The notes beneath the pieces were generated by a model. That model was not told where the DNA came from, made no database searches, and saw nothing but the letters and a program-made list of their open reading frames with translations. Source: an uncultured bacterium (GTDB lineage: Bacteria > UBP4 > UBA4092). From it: a stretch of 64,000 bases of DNA. Location: positions 310,001-374,000 of the forward strand of contig CAZXWN010000002.1 of NCBI GenBank assembly GCA_964644695.1, written 5' to 3'. Every line of letters starts with the position of its first letter. The stretch's first letter is position 1. The translations under genes and the position numbers were made by a program. Below are positions 8,037 to 17,426 of the stretch, one piece after another.

Positions 8037-10916
8037 TTAATAAACGCCTGTAATCGCGTAAAAGACAGGAGTGGAATCTGCTTTTGAAGAAATCAGTTCA
8101 ATTGATTTGACAGGTTTATTGGGAGTTGGATTTTTCCAGATGATATCCCAGACGGCAATTGGATTTTGTGCGGAATTTTTACCCTTCCAGGCGATAACTG
8201 TAGAGTCACCATTTCGCAGGTCTTTATAATAAAAGATGTTATTTCCATAATTGAGCGTTTGGGTTATAGAAGAACCATCTTTGTAATGAATCATAATGGA
8301 TCCAATTTCCTGATCTTCCTTGCCAGGAAGGGTTGCATTGGCCAGGAAATGTAATTCTCTGACCTTTTGAGGCGGAAATTTTAAATGCACATTTGCAGGG
8401 TAATTACCGGTAGGATTCAGTTTTCCATAAAGTGCAAGAGCCCTTTCACCGGAACTCTTTTCCGTCAAATTATAATGACACTCATTTAGTATAAGACTTC
8501 CAACGGGAAGAGATGCTATATCATCTTGAGGATCAAAACTGATCCAGCCTGTATTATCTGCGGTGGCTTTTATATTTTGATTCAATACTGGAGTGAGATT
8601 GACTTGAAATCCGGAAGATTCCCCTTGATGCGGATATCGGTCAAACCAGTATTCCAGGAAAACTTGTTTAGCTTCAAAGGGAAGCTGGTCTAATTCTGTG
8701 GGTTTGCCAGACCATGAATATTCCGCAGCCAGGATGTAGGCCCAGTAATGTTTCCATAAATCCTTATTATTGTTGATTCTGAAATTAAACCCGGCCCAAG
8801 TTGTCTGGAGATATCCATCAGCTCCATAACGAGCTGCCGCTGTAGCATGGGTGCGAATATTTTGTGGGACATCCCATCCAGCACCTACGACTTGATGTCC
8901 GCCATCTTTCCATATTTTTAGGGAAGGATAGTCGGCCTTCTTATCTGTTGTGTAGTGCCAGTCTGTGATAAAGATGTCACTGGGTAACATGGCACGGCGT
9001 TCCTGAGATTCTGCTGTAGAGGCAGCAAAGGCAGCATCAGGAGCCTCAGGACGGTGCAAGAACATATCACCCCACATCATGACTTTTACATTGCGTTCTT
9101 TGAACCAGGCATGGAGTTTATGAATATCACTTAGAATTAATTGTGTCGTTGTAAGCCCACTATCTTTGCTTCGGTAGGGGTAACGAGCTGCAGTATTAGC
9201 ATTCACTTCATCATGGCCAATATGGAAATACCTGGGATGGAATAAATCCAAGGCTTCCTGATAGACGGAAAAGATGAAGTCATAAGTTCGAGGATTGGTG
9301 ACCATGTAGGCATAGGGTTTGTCAGGGTCTTCTGCGAGGTCCATATTATGGCCGTTTTGGAATATCCAGGCAGAATGTCCTAATGACTGCACCAGAGGGG
9401 TTATCTCAATAAAGTTTTCCTGAGCCGTCTTGATGACCTTTCGGGCTTCATTCTTAGTCATCCCGTATTCAGGGTGTTCCAGTTCTTTGTGACCATCCCA
9501 GATGATATATTCACATTCCCATACCATGTTGTTCATCTTGAACCGGGCCATCAGGTCACGGATCCCTTTAGAGATTTCTCCACTACCATCTTTTGAGGTC
9601 AGGCAATGGACCCCTCTAAAACCAACAGCCGGATAGTCTCGAATCTTGACGCCCTTAAATGCCATTTGATTGGGGATGATTTTGACTGTCTGAACGAGAC
9701 TGGTAAATCCATAATACAAACCCTGTTCGGTAGAAGCTGTAACATAGGTATTCTTTCCATCAGTATAGAGGCAATATCCTTCCGGATTGTCAGGGAGTGA
9801 TAGACCTGCTTCGGAGCAAGCTTTTGCGGCTTGGGGATAGACCGTATTGGTTCCGGCAAGAATTGCACCTGTAGCATCCTTTGGGGCCTCTTGTTTAATG
9901 ACTTGAACATTAATTCCATACCGAGAGGACATGTCGTTTACCAGGAAGTTAACTGCCTTTTGAGTGTCAGCCGTTGGATTTGCCCCTAAATAAAGATTGA
10001 TTGATTTATTCAATATCACAGGCGTATTCGTCCATTGCAGACTTTTGGGAGTGGGAATGATATAGTCCCGATCTCTCCAGGGAGAAATGGCATTTTTTAT
10101 TGGCAGGATTTTCGAATCCAGTGTTATAGGTTTAGAAACCTTCGAATCAAAATTCACTTTTTTAGGAAAACAAAGGGTAATACTGACGGTCTCTTTTTTC
10201 CCTTTAACCAGATTCCTTTCTGCAGTGCCCAACCAAAAAAGAGGATTCGATGTATCAGCCCAGCGGTTTCCACGGTAATCATATAAAATCAGGTCATCTT
10301 TTGGATCAGCTTTGAATTGGATGGGGCCCAGTTTGGAATTGATAGTAATTTCTTTGAAGCCCCGGGCAACTTGGGATTCATCAGATGTGATACCCATGGG
10401 TTGAATTGGAATAACTCCATTGATTGTCTGATTGTTGCCCGTAATGGCTGTATAACTTTGATTGATTATCAGATTTGAATTGAATCGGCCTAAAGTCAGT
10501 TCAACAAAGCCAGGAGAATCAACGGACCATGTGTATTCAAGAGAGTTTATATAAGTATTGTTGGGAAGGAGAATAAATGACTCTGTTCCTGAAAACCAGC
10601 TTGTTCCCTTGGGTCCTTCATGGATCAGAGTGATTATTTTTCCACCTTTATAGGAAATGATTTTAGCTGTTTTTACAATGTCAGCATTCATCTGATTCCC
10701 ATAATACTGTCCATTGTATTGAGGCCTCACAGCCCAGAGAGAGCTTCCTTTTAGTACCGTCACTCCATGGACATTTAATTGGATACCTTTAAGATGAGTA
10801 TATTCAAAGGTCATGTCCCCAACTTCCTCATAAATACGGGCAGGGGCCTTGGTGGCAGCTAAACTTATACTCAATAACAGTATCCATAACCCAAATATCA
10901 ATACAATACGCTTCAT
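8037..10916 (-). CDS. Secreted GH20-like glycoside hydrolase
   Basis: Sec signal MKRIVLIFGLWILLLSISLA; DYPAVGFRGVH, PLVQSLGH, HIGHDE. Confidence 0.88.
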   Translation of the reverse strand: MKRIVLIFGLWILLLSISLAATKAPARIYEEVGDMTFEYTHLKGIQLNVHGVTVLKGSSLWAVRPQYNGQYYGNQMNADIVKTAKIISYKGGKIITLIHEGPKGTSWFSGTESFILLPNNTYINSLEYTWSVDSPGFVELTLGRFNSNLIINQSYTAITGNNQTINGVIPIQPMGITSDESQVARGFKEITINSKLGPIQFKADPKDDLILYDYRGNRWADTSNPLFWLGTAERNLVKGKKETVSITLCFPKKVNFDSKVSKPITLDSKILPIKNAISPWRDRDYIIPTPKSLQWTNTPVILNKSINLYLGANPTADTQKAVNFLVNDMSSRYGINVQVIKQEAPKDATGAILAGTNTVYPQAAKACSEAGLSLPDNPEGYCLYTDGKNTYVTASTEQGLYYGFTSLVQTVKIIPNQMAFKGVKIRDYPAVGFRGVHCLTSKDGSGEISKGIRDLMARFKMNNMVWECEYIIWDGHKELEHPEYGMTKNEARKVIKTAQENFIEITPLVQSLGHSAWIFQNGHNMDLAEDPDKPYAYMVTNPRTYDFIFSVYQEALDLFHPRYFHIGHDEVNANTAARYPYRSKDSGLTTTQLILSDIHKLHAWFKERNVKVMMWGDMFLHRPEAPDAAFAASTAESQERRAMLPSDIFITDWHYTTDKKADYPSLKIWKDGGHQVVGAGWDVPQNIRTHATAAARYGADGYLQTTWAGFNFRINNNKDLWKHYWAYILAAEYSWSGKPTELDQLPFEAKQVFLEYWFDRYPHQGESSGFQVNLTPVLNQNIKATADNTGWISFDPQDDIASLPVGSLILNECHYNLTEKSSGERALALYGKLNPTGNYPANVHLKFPPQKVRELHFLANATLPGKEDQEIGSIMIHYKDGSSITQTLNYGNNIFYYKDLRNGDSTVIAWKGKNSAQNPIAVWDIIWKNPTPNKPVKSIELISSKADSTPVFYAITGVY
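9373..9562. repeat. 190-bp exact direct repeat shared with 12362-12551 (GH20 catalytic-barrel coding region)
   Basis: Base-by-base comparison shows identity, including synonymous sites, at offset 2989. Confidence 0.9.
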
Positions 10917-10970
10917 TAAAATACCCTTTCGTACAAGAATTTATGGATTAAATTATAACTCTGTATAAAT

Positions 10971-11009
10971 AAAAAAATGGAGACCACTTATTCATGTGAT
11001 CTCCATTTT
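10971..11009 (-). terminator. Terminator-like hairpin between the two secreted GH20 genes
   Basis: AAAATGGAGA...TCTCCATTTT stem with a T-run on the minus strand. Confidence 0.65.
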
Positions 11010-11025
11010 GTTTAGTTCAGCTTAT

Positions 11026-13902
11026 TTACCGAACACCCGTGATTGCATAGAAAATAGGGCTGGTTTCCGTTTTATTAGAAATCAGTTCCATAGACTTGAT
11101 AAGTTTATCTGGATTTGGATTCTTCCAGACAAAATCCCAGACTGCGACAGGATTTCCTTTTGAATTTTTACCTTTCCATGCAATCGAAGCAATATCACTG
11201 TTTCGAAGATCATTGAAACTGAATATTTGCGTCCCATAAACAAGGGGCTGTGTGACAGACGATCCATCAGTATAGTGCACTTTGATAGAGCCGACTTGAG
11301 CACCTTCGCGAGCCCGGAAAGAGGCATTTAAAAGGAAGTGCACTTCCTCAGCAGATTGAGGTTTCAGATCAATAATTGCCGATACAGGATAACTACCGGC
11401 TGGATTAAAGGTGCTGTACAGGACAAGTGCTCCTTCACCGGTATCTTTTCGTGTCAAATCAAAAGTACATTCATTAAACATGGCTTTCCCGGTAGGGAAG
11501 CTTGCCATATCATCATAGGGATCAAAACCAACCCAACCTTGTTGTGGGCCGGAGGCCTTGAGATTTCTATTAAATTGAGAGGATAGATTGATCTGGAATC
11601 CTGGGGCATCCTGCTTTCTGGGATAATGATCAAACCAGTATTCCAGGAAAACTTGCTTAGCTTCAAAGGGGAGTTTATCTAACTCTGTGGAATCTCCAGA
11701 CCAAGCATATTCTGCTGCCAGAATATAGGCCCAATACTGATGCCAGGCTTCGCGATTATTATTGATCTTGAAATTGAAGCCAGCCCAGGTGGTCTGGAGA
11801 TAACCATTTACTCCATACCGAGCTGCCGCTGCAGCATGGGTGCGAATATTTTCAGGACGATACCATCCAGCACCTACAACATCAAAACCAGCGTCTTTCC
11901 ATGTCTTCAGTGAAGGATAGCTAGATGCCTTATCCGCGACATAATGCCAATCTGTGATGAAAATATCTTTGGGCAATAAATCCCGCCGTTCTTTTGCTTC
12001 AGTGGTTGATGAAGCAAACGCAGCATCGGGAGCTTCTGAGAGATGTAGGAACATATCACCCCACATCATGACTCGGACGTTGCGTTCTTTGAACCAGGCA
12101 TGGAGTTTATTAATATCACCCATAATCAATTCGGTTTCTGAAAGGCCGCTAGCTTTGCTTCGATAGGGGTATCTTGCTCCGGCATCCGTATTTACTTCAT
12201 CGTGTCCAATATGGAAGTACTTGGGATGGAATAAATCCAAGGCTTCCTGATAGACCGAAAAGATGAAGTCATAAGTTCGAGGATTGGTGACCATGTAGGC
12301 ATAGGGTTTATCCGGATCTTCTGCAAGGTCCATATTATGGCCGTTTTGGAATATCCAGGCCGAATGTCCTAATGACTGCACCAGAGGGGTTATCTCAATA
12401 AAGTTTTCCTGAGCCGTCTTGATGACCTTTCGGGCTTCATTCTTAGTCATCCCGTATTCAGGGTGTTCCAGTTCTTTGTGACCATCCCAGATGATATATT
12501 CACATTCCCATACCATGTTGTTCATCTTGAACCGGGCCATCAGGTCACGGACACCCTTTGAAATCTCATCACCGCCATTTTTCGCAGAAAGACAATGAAC
12601 GCCTCGGAATGGCATGGCGGGGTAATCTTGAATTTTGACGCCCTTAAATGCCATTTGATTGGGAGTGATTTTGACTGTCTGTACGAGACTGGTAAATCCA
12701 TAATACAAGCCCTGTTCGGTAGAAGCGGCTACATAGGTGTTCTTTCCATCAGTATAGAGGCAATATCCTTCCGGATTGTCAGGAAGTGATACACCTGCTT
12801 CCGTACAAACTCGGGTGGCCCGTGGATAAACAGTATTAACCCCTGCAATAATAGCCCCCTGTACGTTAATTGGGGCTTCCTGCTGTATCACCTTTACAGT
12901 AATTCCATACCGAACAGATAAATCTTTTACCAGGAAGTTGACTGCTTTCAGTGTGTCTGCAGTTACCTTTTTTCCCAGATAAAGATCAATAGATTTATTG
13001 AGGGGAATTGATGCGTCTGTCCATTGAAGGCTCTTGGGGGTAGGAATGATATAGTTTCTATCTCTCCAAGGAGTCAGGGCATCCTTGATTATTTGAGGTT
13101 CGGTTTTTAGAATTACAGGTTCGGAAATTTTGGCCTGGGGATTTATCTTTTTGGGAAAAGATATTGTTATGCTCAGGGTTTCCTTTTTATTCTTGATCAG
13201 AGGGCGTTCTAAAGCACCTAGCCAGAAAAAAGGGTTGTTTTCATCTGCCCAGCGGTTGCCTCGGTAATCAAACATGATTAATTTATCTTTGGGATTAGCC
13301 GTTAACTTGATTGGGCCGAGCTTGGAATTTAATGAAATCTCTTTGAAGTCTCGGGCAACTTTGGATTCATCATAAGTGACACCCATGGGTTTCATAGAGA
13401 TGTTGCCCTTGATAGTTTGGTTGCCGTTAGTAATGGCAGAATAGGTTTGATTCAATATCAGATAGGGATTAAATTCTCCCATTGTCCATTCGATTGAAGC
13501 GGGTACATCGCTTGTCCATACATACTCAAGGCTGTTTGTGTAGGTATTATCAGGAAGTAATATAAAGGTTTCAACTCCATGAAACGACTGGTTTCCCTTT
13601 GAATTCTTATGTACCAAAGTTATTTTCTTTCCGCCTTTATAAGAAACTACTTTAGATGACAGAAGGAGGTCTGGATTATTTTGATTTCCATAAAATTGTC
13701 CAATGAAGTTGGGTTTAACAGCCCAAAGGGCACTTCCTTTTAAGGCCGTGGCGCCATGAACATTCAATACAACCCCTTTTTTGGGGGTATATTCAAAGGT
13801 CATATTTCCGACTTTTTCGTAAATGCGAGTGGGTGCTTCAGCGGCCCAGGTGATGCCTAAGCAAAGTAAACACAACCACAATGTCCATAGTACGCGTTTC
13901 AT
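11026..13902 (-). CDS. Secreted GH20-like glycoside hydrolase (paralog of 8037-10916)
   Basis: Likely start ATG 13902 (GGAAGGA RBS; signal MKRVLWTLWLCLLCLGITWA); DYPAMPFRGVH, HIGHDE. Confidence 0.88.
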   Translation of the reverse strand: MKRVLWTLWLCLLCLGITWAAEAPTRIYEKVGNMTFEYTPKKGVVLNVHGATALKGSALWAVKPNFIGQFYGNQNNPDLLLSSKVVSYKGGKKITLVHKNSKGNQSFHGVETFILLPDNTYTNSLEYVWTSDVPASIEWTMGEFNPYLILNQTYSAITNGNQTIKGNISMKPMGVTYDESKVARDFKEISLNSKLGPIKLTANPKDKLIMFDYRGNRWADENNPFFWLGALERPLIKNKKETLSITISFPKKINPQAKISEPVILKTEPQIIKDALTPWRDRNYIIPTPKSLQWTDASIPLNKSIDLYLGKKVTADTLKAVNFLVKDLSVRYGITVKVIQQEAPINVQGAIIAGVNTVYPRATRVCTEAGVSLPDNPEGYCLYTDGKNTYVAASTEQGLYYGFTSLVQTVKITPNQMAFKGVKIQDYPAMPFRGVHCLSAKNGGDEISKGVRDLMARFKMNNMVWECEYIIWDGHKELEHPEYGMTKNEARKVIKTAQENFIEITPLVQSLGHSAWIFQNGHNMDLAEDPDKPYAYMVTNPRTYDFIFSVYQEALDLFHPKYFHIGHDEVNTDAGARYPYRSKASGLSETELIMGDINKLHAWFKERNVRVMMWGDMFLHLSEAPDAAFASSTTEAKERRDLLPKDIFITDWHYVADKASSYPSLKTWKDAGFDVVGAGWYRPENIRTHAAAAARYGVNGYLQTTWAGFNFKINNNREAWHQYWAYILAAEYAWSGDSTELDKLPFEAKQVFLEYWFDHYPRKQDAPGFQINLSSQFNRNLKASGPQQGWVGFDPYDDMASFPTGKAMFNECTFDLTRKDTGEGALVLYSTFNPAGSYPVSAIIDLKPQSAEEVHFLLNASFRAREGAQVGSIKVHYTDGSSVTQPLVYGTQIFSFNDLRNSDIASIAWKGKNSKGNPVAVWDFVWKNPNPDKLIKSMELISNKTETSPIFYAITGVR

Positions 13903-13990
13903 AATGATAAATTCCTTCCGTGTGCTAAATAATTGGTTTTCATTATATCTTGATTTAAGGATTATTTGTTTATCAGTAATATTTATAAAC

Positions 13991-14023
13991 AAAAAAACTC
14001 CCTGATTAGATAATCAGGGAGTT
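13991..14023 (-). terminator. Intrinsic terminator after pilin P2
   Basis: AACTCCCTGATTA-ga-TAATCAGGGAGTT with a poly-T tail on the minus strand. Confidence 0.8.
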
Positions 14024-14042
14024 GATAAGTAAATCTTATAAT

Positions 14043-14663
14043 TTATATCTGGGGACCACTTGGGAACAGACGGTTGATATAACCAGGAGAAACTGTTCCA
14101 TTGGAAGGATCATAGGTTTCAAATCCACCGTATCCCTCACTGGCACCAAAAGTCTTAAAGCTGGGTCCGATAGAAATGGTAATTCCAGCCCATTCACCGC
14201 TAAACCATGGAGCCCAATTGGAGGCTTTTACAACATTAAATAACTGTCCGTACGGCTTATTTCCAATAACACGACCCTGCCAGTTGTAATACCAGTAATA
14301 AGGATTAGCCAGGTGGGATGACCCATCACGACCACCTTGTTTAAATGGATCCACTGGGATGGAGGTCAGGTAAGCAATCGGAGTTGTTAAAAGTTTGTAA
14401 GCATATTCATGGCGTTTATATTCAAAAGTACGGGTGTCGCTGGAGGGCCATGGATAAGGTTCAAATAAATACTCCAGAGGATAGTCATTATTATCTACAT
14501 AATAACTTTCCAATCCAGTGTTGATTATGCGTAATTCACTTTTAACGCGTGAGACTTTGGATCTGACCTGTGCAGCCAGGAAGTTTGGTATGGCAATAGC
14601 AGCAAGAATAGCAATAATTGCGACAACGATTAATAACTCAATTAATGTAAACCCTTTTTTCAT
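14043..14663 (-). CDS. Prepilin-type protein, paralog P2
   Basis: MKKG|FTLIE signal and YDPSNGTVSPGYI. Confidence 0.92.
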   Translation of the reverse strand: MKKGFTLIELLIVVAIIAILAAIAIPNFLAAQVRSKVSRVKSELRIINTGLESYYVDNNDYPLEYLFEPYPWPSSDTRTFEYKRHEYAYKLLTTPIAYLTSIPVDPFKQGGRDGSSHLANPYYWYYNWQGRVIGNKPYGQLFNVVKASNWAPWFSGEWAGITISIGPSFKTFGASEGYGGFETYDPSNGTVSPGYINRLFPSGPQI

Positions 14664-14704
14664 AAGAAAACTCCCTTATTCAATATAGAAATTAACTGAT
14701 TAAT

Positions 14705-14742
14705 AAAAAAAACTCCCCCGCCTTTTAAATGCGGGGGAGTTT
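14705..14742 (-). terminator. Intrinsic terminator after pilin P1
   Basis: AAACTCCCCCGC-N9-GCGGGGGAGTTT with poly-T on the minus strand. Confidence 0.8.
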
Positions 14743-14750
14743 GCTGAAGA

Positions 14751-15317
14751 TTAATTACCAATTTGAGAACCAGGGAATGCACGGATAATGTATCCAATGG
14801 AGATTGTTCCATTCGTTGGATCGTAAGTGTCCCATCCATTTGTATGAGTTTCACCGAAAGGACCAACGGACATGACAATTCCTGACATATCCATATTCCA
14901 CCAGGGACGACCGGCAGCAAAACTAAACAGTTGTGCTGGGTTGACCTGTTTTTGATACCGTTCATGCCAGTTATAATACCAATACATCGGTGGATCAGAC
15001 CAACGACCACTTGTTTTAAAAGGATCACGAGGGAAAGAAGTGATGTATGCTACCGGAGTAGTTAAATGGGTATAGGCTTTGGCGATTCGAAGCATTTCAA
15101 CACCAGGATTACCAGCTAACAAATATTCCGGGGGATATGCATTTTCATCAACATAATAGGTTTCTAAGCCTGTACCTAAAGTACGCAATTCACTTTTAAC
15201 GCGTGAGACTTTAGCCCTGACTTGTGCAGCCAGGAAGTTTGGAATGGCAATAGCTGCAAGAATAGCAATAATTGCGACAACGATTAATAATTCGATAAGA
15301 GTAAACCCTTTTTTCAT
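14751..15317 (-). CDS. Prepilin-type protein, paralog P1
   Basis: MKKG|FTLIE signal and YDPTNGTISIGYI; ATG 15317 is preceded by AAGGTGA. Confidence 0.92.
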   Translation of the reverse strand: MKKGFTLIELLIVVAIIAILAAIAIPNFLAAQVRAKVSRVKSELRTLGTGLETYYVDENAYPPEYLLAGNPGVEMLRIAKAYTHLTTPVAYITSFPRDPFKTSGRWSDPPMYWYYNWHERYQKQVNPAQLFSFAAGRPWWNMDMSGIVMSVGPFGETHTNGWDTYDPTNGTISIGYIIRAFPGSQIGN

Positions 15318-15423
15318 TTCGAAAATCACCTTCTTTCCTGTTGAAAATATGTTTTACACAATATAAGAAAATACACTCATAGAAACCCTAATCAATTAAA
15401 CATCACAATACAATTTAAACTGT

Positions 15424-15452
15424 ATTTTAATGGAGATAATACAGTATTGCAA
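15424..15452 (-). promoter_or_regulatory. Putative sigma70 promoter TTGCAA-N17-TAAAAT overlapped by the TAATACAGTATTG operator-like dyad
   Basis: On the minus strand, -35 at 15447-15452 and -10 at 15424-15429 with a 17-nt spacer; dyad at 15437-15449. AT-rich context makes chance matches possible. Confidence 0.5.
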
Positions 15453-15684
15453 CAAATAAGTAATAGATATGTATTATTTGGCTGTCCAAAATACAAATAA
15501 TCGGGATATGAATGTTGTTTGTATTGGTTTTCCTATAATACATGTGAACACGGGTGCAACTATTGTATTGGTATAAAAAGGATGTCTAGTAGCGAAAAAA
15601 TCAACAAAAATTGACTCAGGTATATCATTCAAAATGGGATATCTAACTGAATATAACGGGCAGATTTAATAAAGCCAGGATGCT

Positions 15685-17115
15685 TTATATTTTTTTATCA
15701 AGAAGCCGGTCATAAGTATATTTCCATGCGCCTTTATGAAAGACATACCACAATCCACCGGCACGAGCCATCCAATCTAAGGTGGTTGCCCACCAGACAC
15801 CCGGTAACCCCCAATTGAAGACAACAGCAAATAAATACACCACACCAAACCGGAAAACAGCCAGACATATCAACATGACATAGAGTGGACTGCGAGTATC
15901 ACCCGCACCCCGAAGACATCCGGACAAAACCGCAAAAAAGGCAATAAAGGGGAACTCTACAGCGGCTATTTTTAATACAATGCCGGCTTGCCGTAATACC
16001 TCTGGAGTAGCACCGAAGATTTGTACAAATTGATGTGAGAACAGAAGGAAAGCGACGGATAGAAAAGCCATCCCAATTCCTATCCACTGAAGTCCTTTTT
16101 TTACTGTGAGTTCGGCAAATTGAGTTTGGCGTGCACCCAAGGCCTGTCCCACAATGGTTGCGACCGCTACATTGACACCCCAGGGTGGTTGGAAGGCGAT
16201 GGATTCTACTCGCAGGGCAACATTATGGGCTGCCAGGGCGGTTGTTCCCAACCGGGTGATGATGCCATAGAAAACAACCTGAGCACTGGTAGTAATAAAT
16301 CGTTCAATCATCACTGGATAAGCAATGATCCAAATTTGATAAATAATACTCTTGTTCCATGTAAAGAGGCCCCATATTGGGATTCGAAGATTGGACCATC
16401 CCTGGACAAGAATAGTCAGGGCAATCATACCCCCCACAGATTGGGCAATCATTGTCCCCCAAGCCACACCCATAAGCCCCATTTTGGGGAAAGGTCCAAT
16501 TCCAAAAGCAAGGACCCAGCTGATGAGAACATTAAGGACATTTATAATCCCGGTAATGTACATAGGGGTTCGTGTATCACCTGATCCGCGAAATATTCCA
16601 CTGCAGATAAACATGGGGATTTGAAATGGTAGAGACAGAATGATGATACGCATAAAACTTCCGCCGGCTTGAATGACATCCGGAGCGGCTTTCATCCAGT
16701 GAATCATTTGAAAGGCAAACAGGAAACCCACGATTGCCAGTACCAGAGATAAAATCCAGGCGATGGATATAGATTGTCGGGCATATCGGCGCGCTTTGGA
16801 GATATCTTGTTCTCCCCAGGAACGTGCCACCAGTGAGATAGTTGCCACCCCCATTGCTTGAAAGGGCGTTTGAATCAACATCATGATAGTCCCGGATAGT
16901 ACGGTACCTGCCAATGCGCTCTCACTATGGAGGTGTCCGACTAAAATGGCATCAATAATATAGACAGACAGGGACAATATGTTTTCCACTACTGCCGGCA
17001 GGGCAAGAGTGAAGAGGGTCCGGGAAAGCCGGGTTTGGTCAAAATTTATAGTCCGGTGACTGGTTTTCTTCTCCGGCTGAGGTGATGAATTATTTTTTGA
17101 AGTGGTATTACTCAT
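15685..17115 (-). CDS. MATE family efflux transporter
   Basis: About 12 TM helices with duplicated RGSGDTRTP / RGAGDTRSP motifs; LALPAVVEN; VGQALGA. Confidence 0.92.
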   Translation of the reverse strand: MSNTTSKNNSSPQPEKKTSHRTINFDQTRLSRTLFTLALPAVVENILSLSVYIIDAILVGHLHSESALAGTVLSGTIMMLIQTPFQAMGVATISLVARSWGEQDISKARRYARQSISIAWILSLVLAIVGFLFAFQMIHWMKAAPDVIQAGGSFMRIIILSLPFQIPMFICSGIFRGSGDTRTPMYITGIINVLNVLISWVLAFGIGPFPKMGLMGVAWGTMIAQSVGGMIALTILVQGWSNLRIPIWGLFTWNKSIIYQIWIIAYPVMIERFITTSAQVVFYGIITRLGTTALAAHNVALRVESIAFQPPWGVNVAVATIVGQALGARQTQFAELTVKKGLQWIGIGMAFLSVAFLLFSHQFVQIFGATPEVLRQAGIVLKIAAVEFPFIAFFAVLSGCLRGAGDTRSPLYVMLICLAVFRFGVVYLFAVVFNWGLPGVWWATTLDWMARAGGLWYVFHKGAWKYTYDRLLDKKI

Positions 17116-17205
17116 ACTTTATTTAGTCCTGTCTTTCTTGATACACCGGCATGACTAATGCTTACTATTTCTTTGAGATTCTATTCTCTACTGTTCTTTG
17201 CTTTT

Positions 17206-17232
17206 TGGATTCCTGCTTTCGCAGGAATGACA
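17206..17232. repeat. Palindromic REP/dRS3-like unit TGGATTCCTGCTTTCGCAGGAATGACA
   Basis: Exact reverse complement of 17427-17453; internal ATTCCTGC/GCAGGAAT hairpin. Confidence 0.85.
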
Positions 17233-17426
17233 CATTGGGGACTAGTTTTATAAATTCTGACTTTGTTTCTTGGAAACGCATCTCTTTATTTTCAATATAG
17301 AGTTTATTTATCTACATAAATTTTACTTTCTGGCAATGAAACTGTGATTATAGGACTTTAACTAATTATCTATTTAAAAACAGTAGTATATGTATAATTT
17401 TCTGGATAAAGTTTTCTTTTCTATGC

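Noticed and set aside
9606-12789. Pair of similar antisense ORFs (9606-9800 and 12595-12789)
   Set aside because: Their similarity is a by-product of the GH20 duplication on the opposite strand.
13903-13992. 30-aa N-terminal extension of the GH20 given in the ORF track
   Set aside because: It runs into the terminator tail; the RBS and signal peptide point to ATG 13902.
14660-15028. 122-aa ORF bridging pilins P1 and P2
   Set aside because: Alternative frame overlapping P1 and running through a terminator; no recognisable motifs.
6500-15317. Diversity-generating retroelement or shufflon acting on the pilins
   Set aside because: No reverse transcriptase, recombinase, template/variable repeat pair with A-specific mismatches, or inverted cassettes in the window; all four genes are complete.
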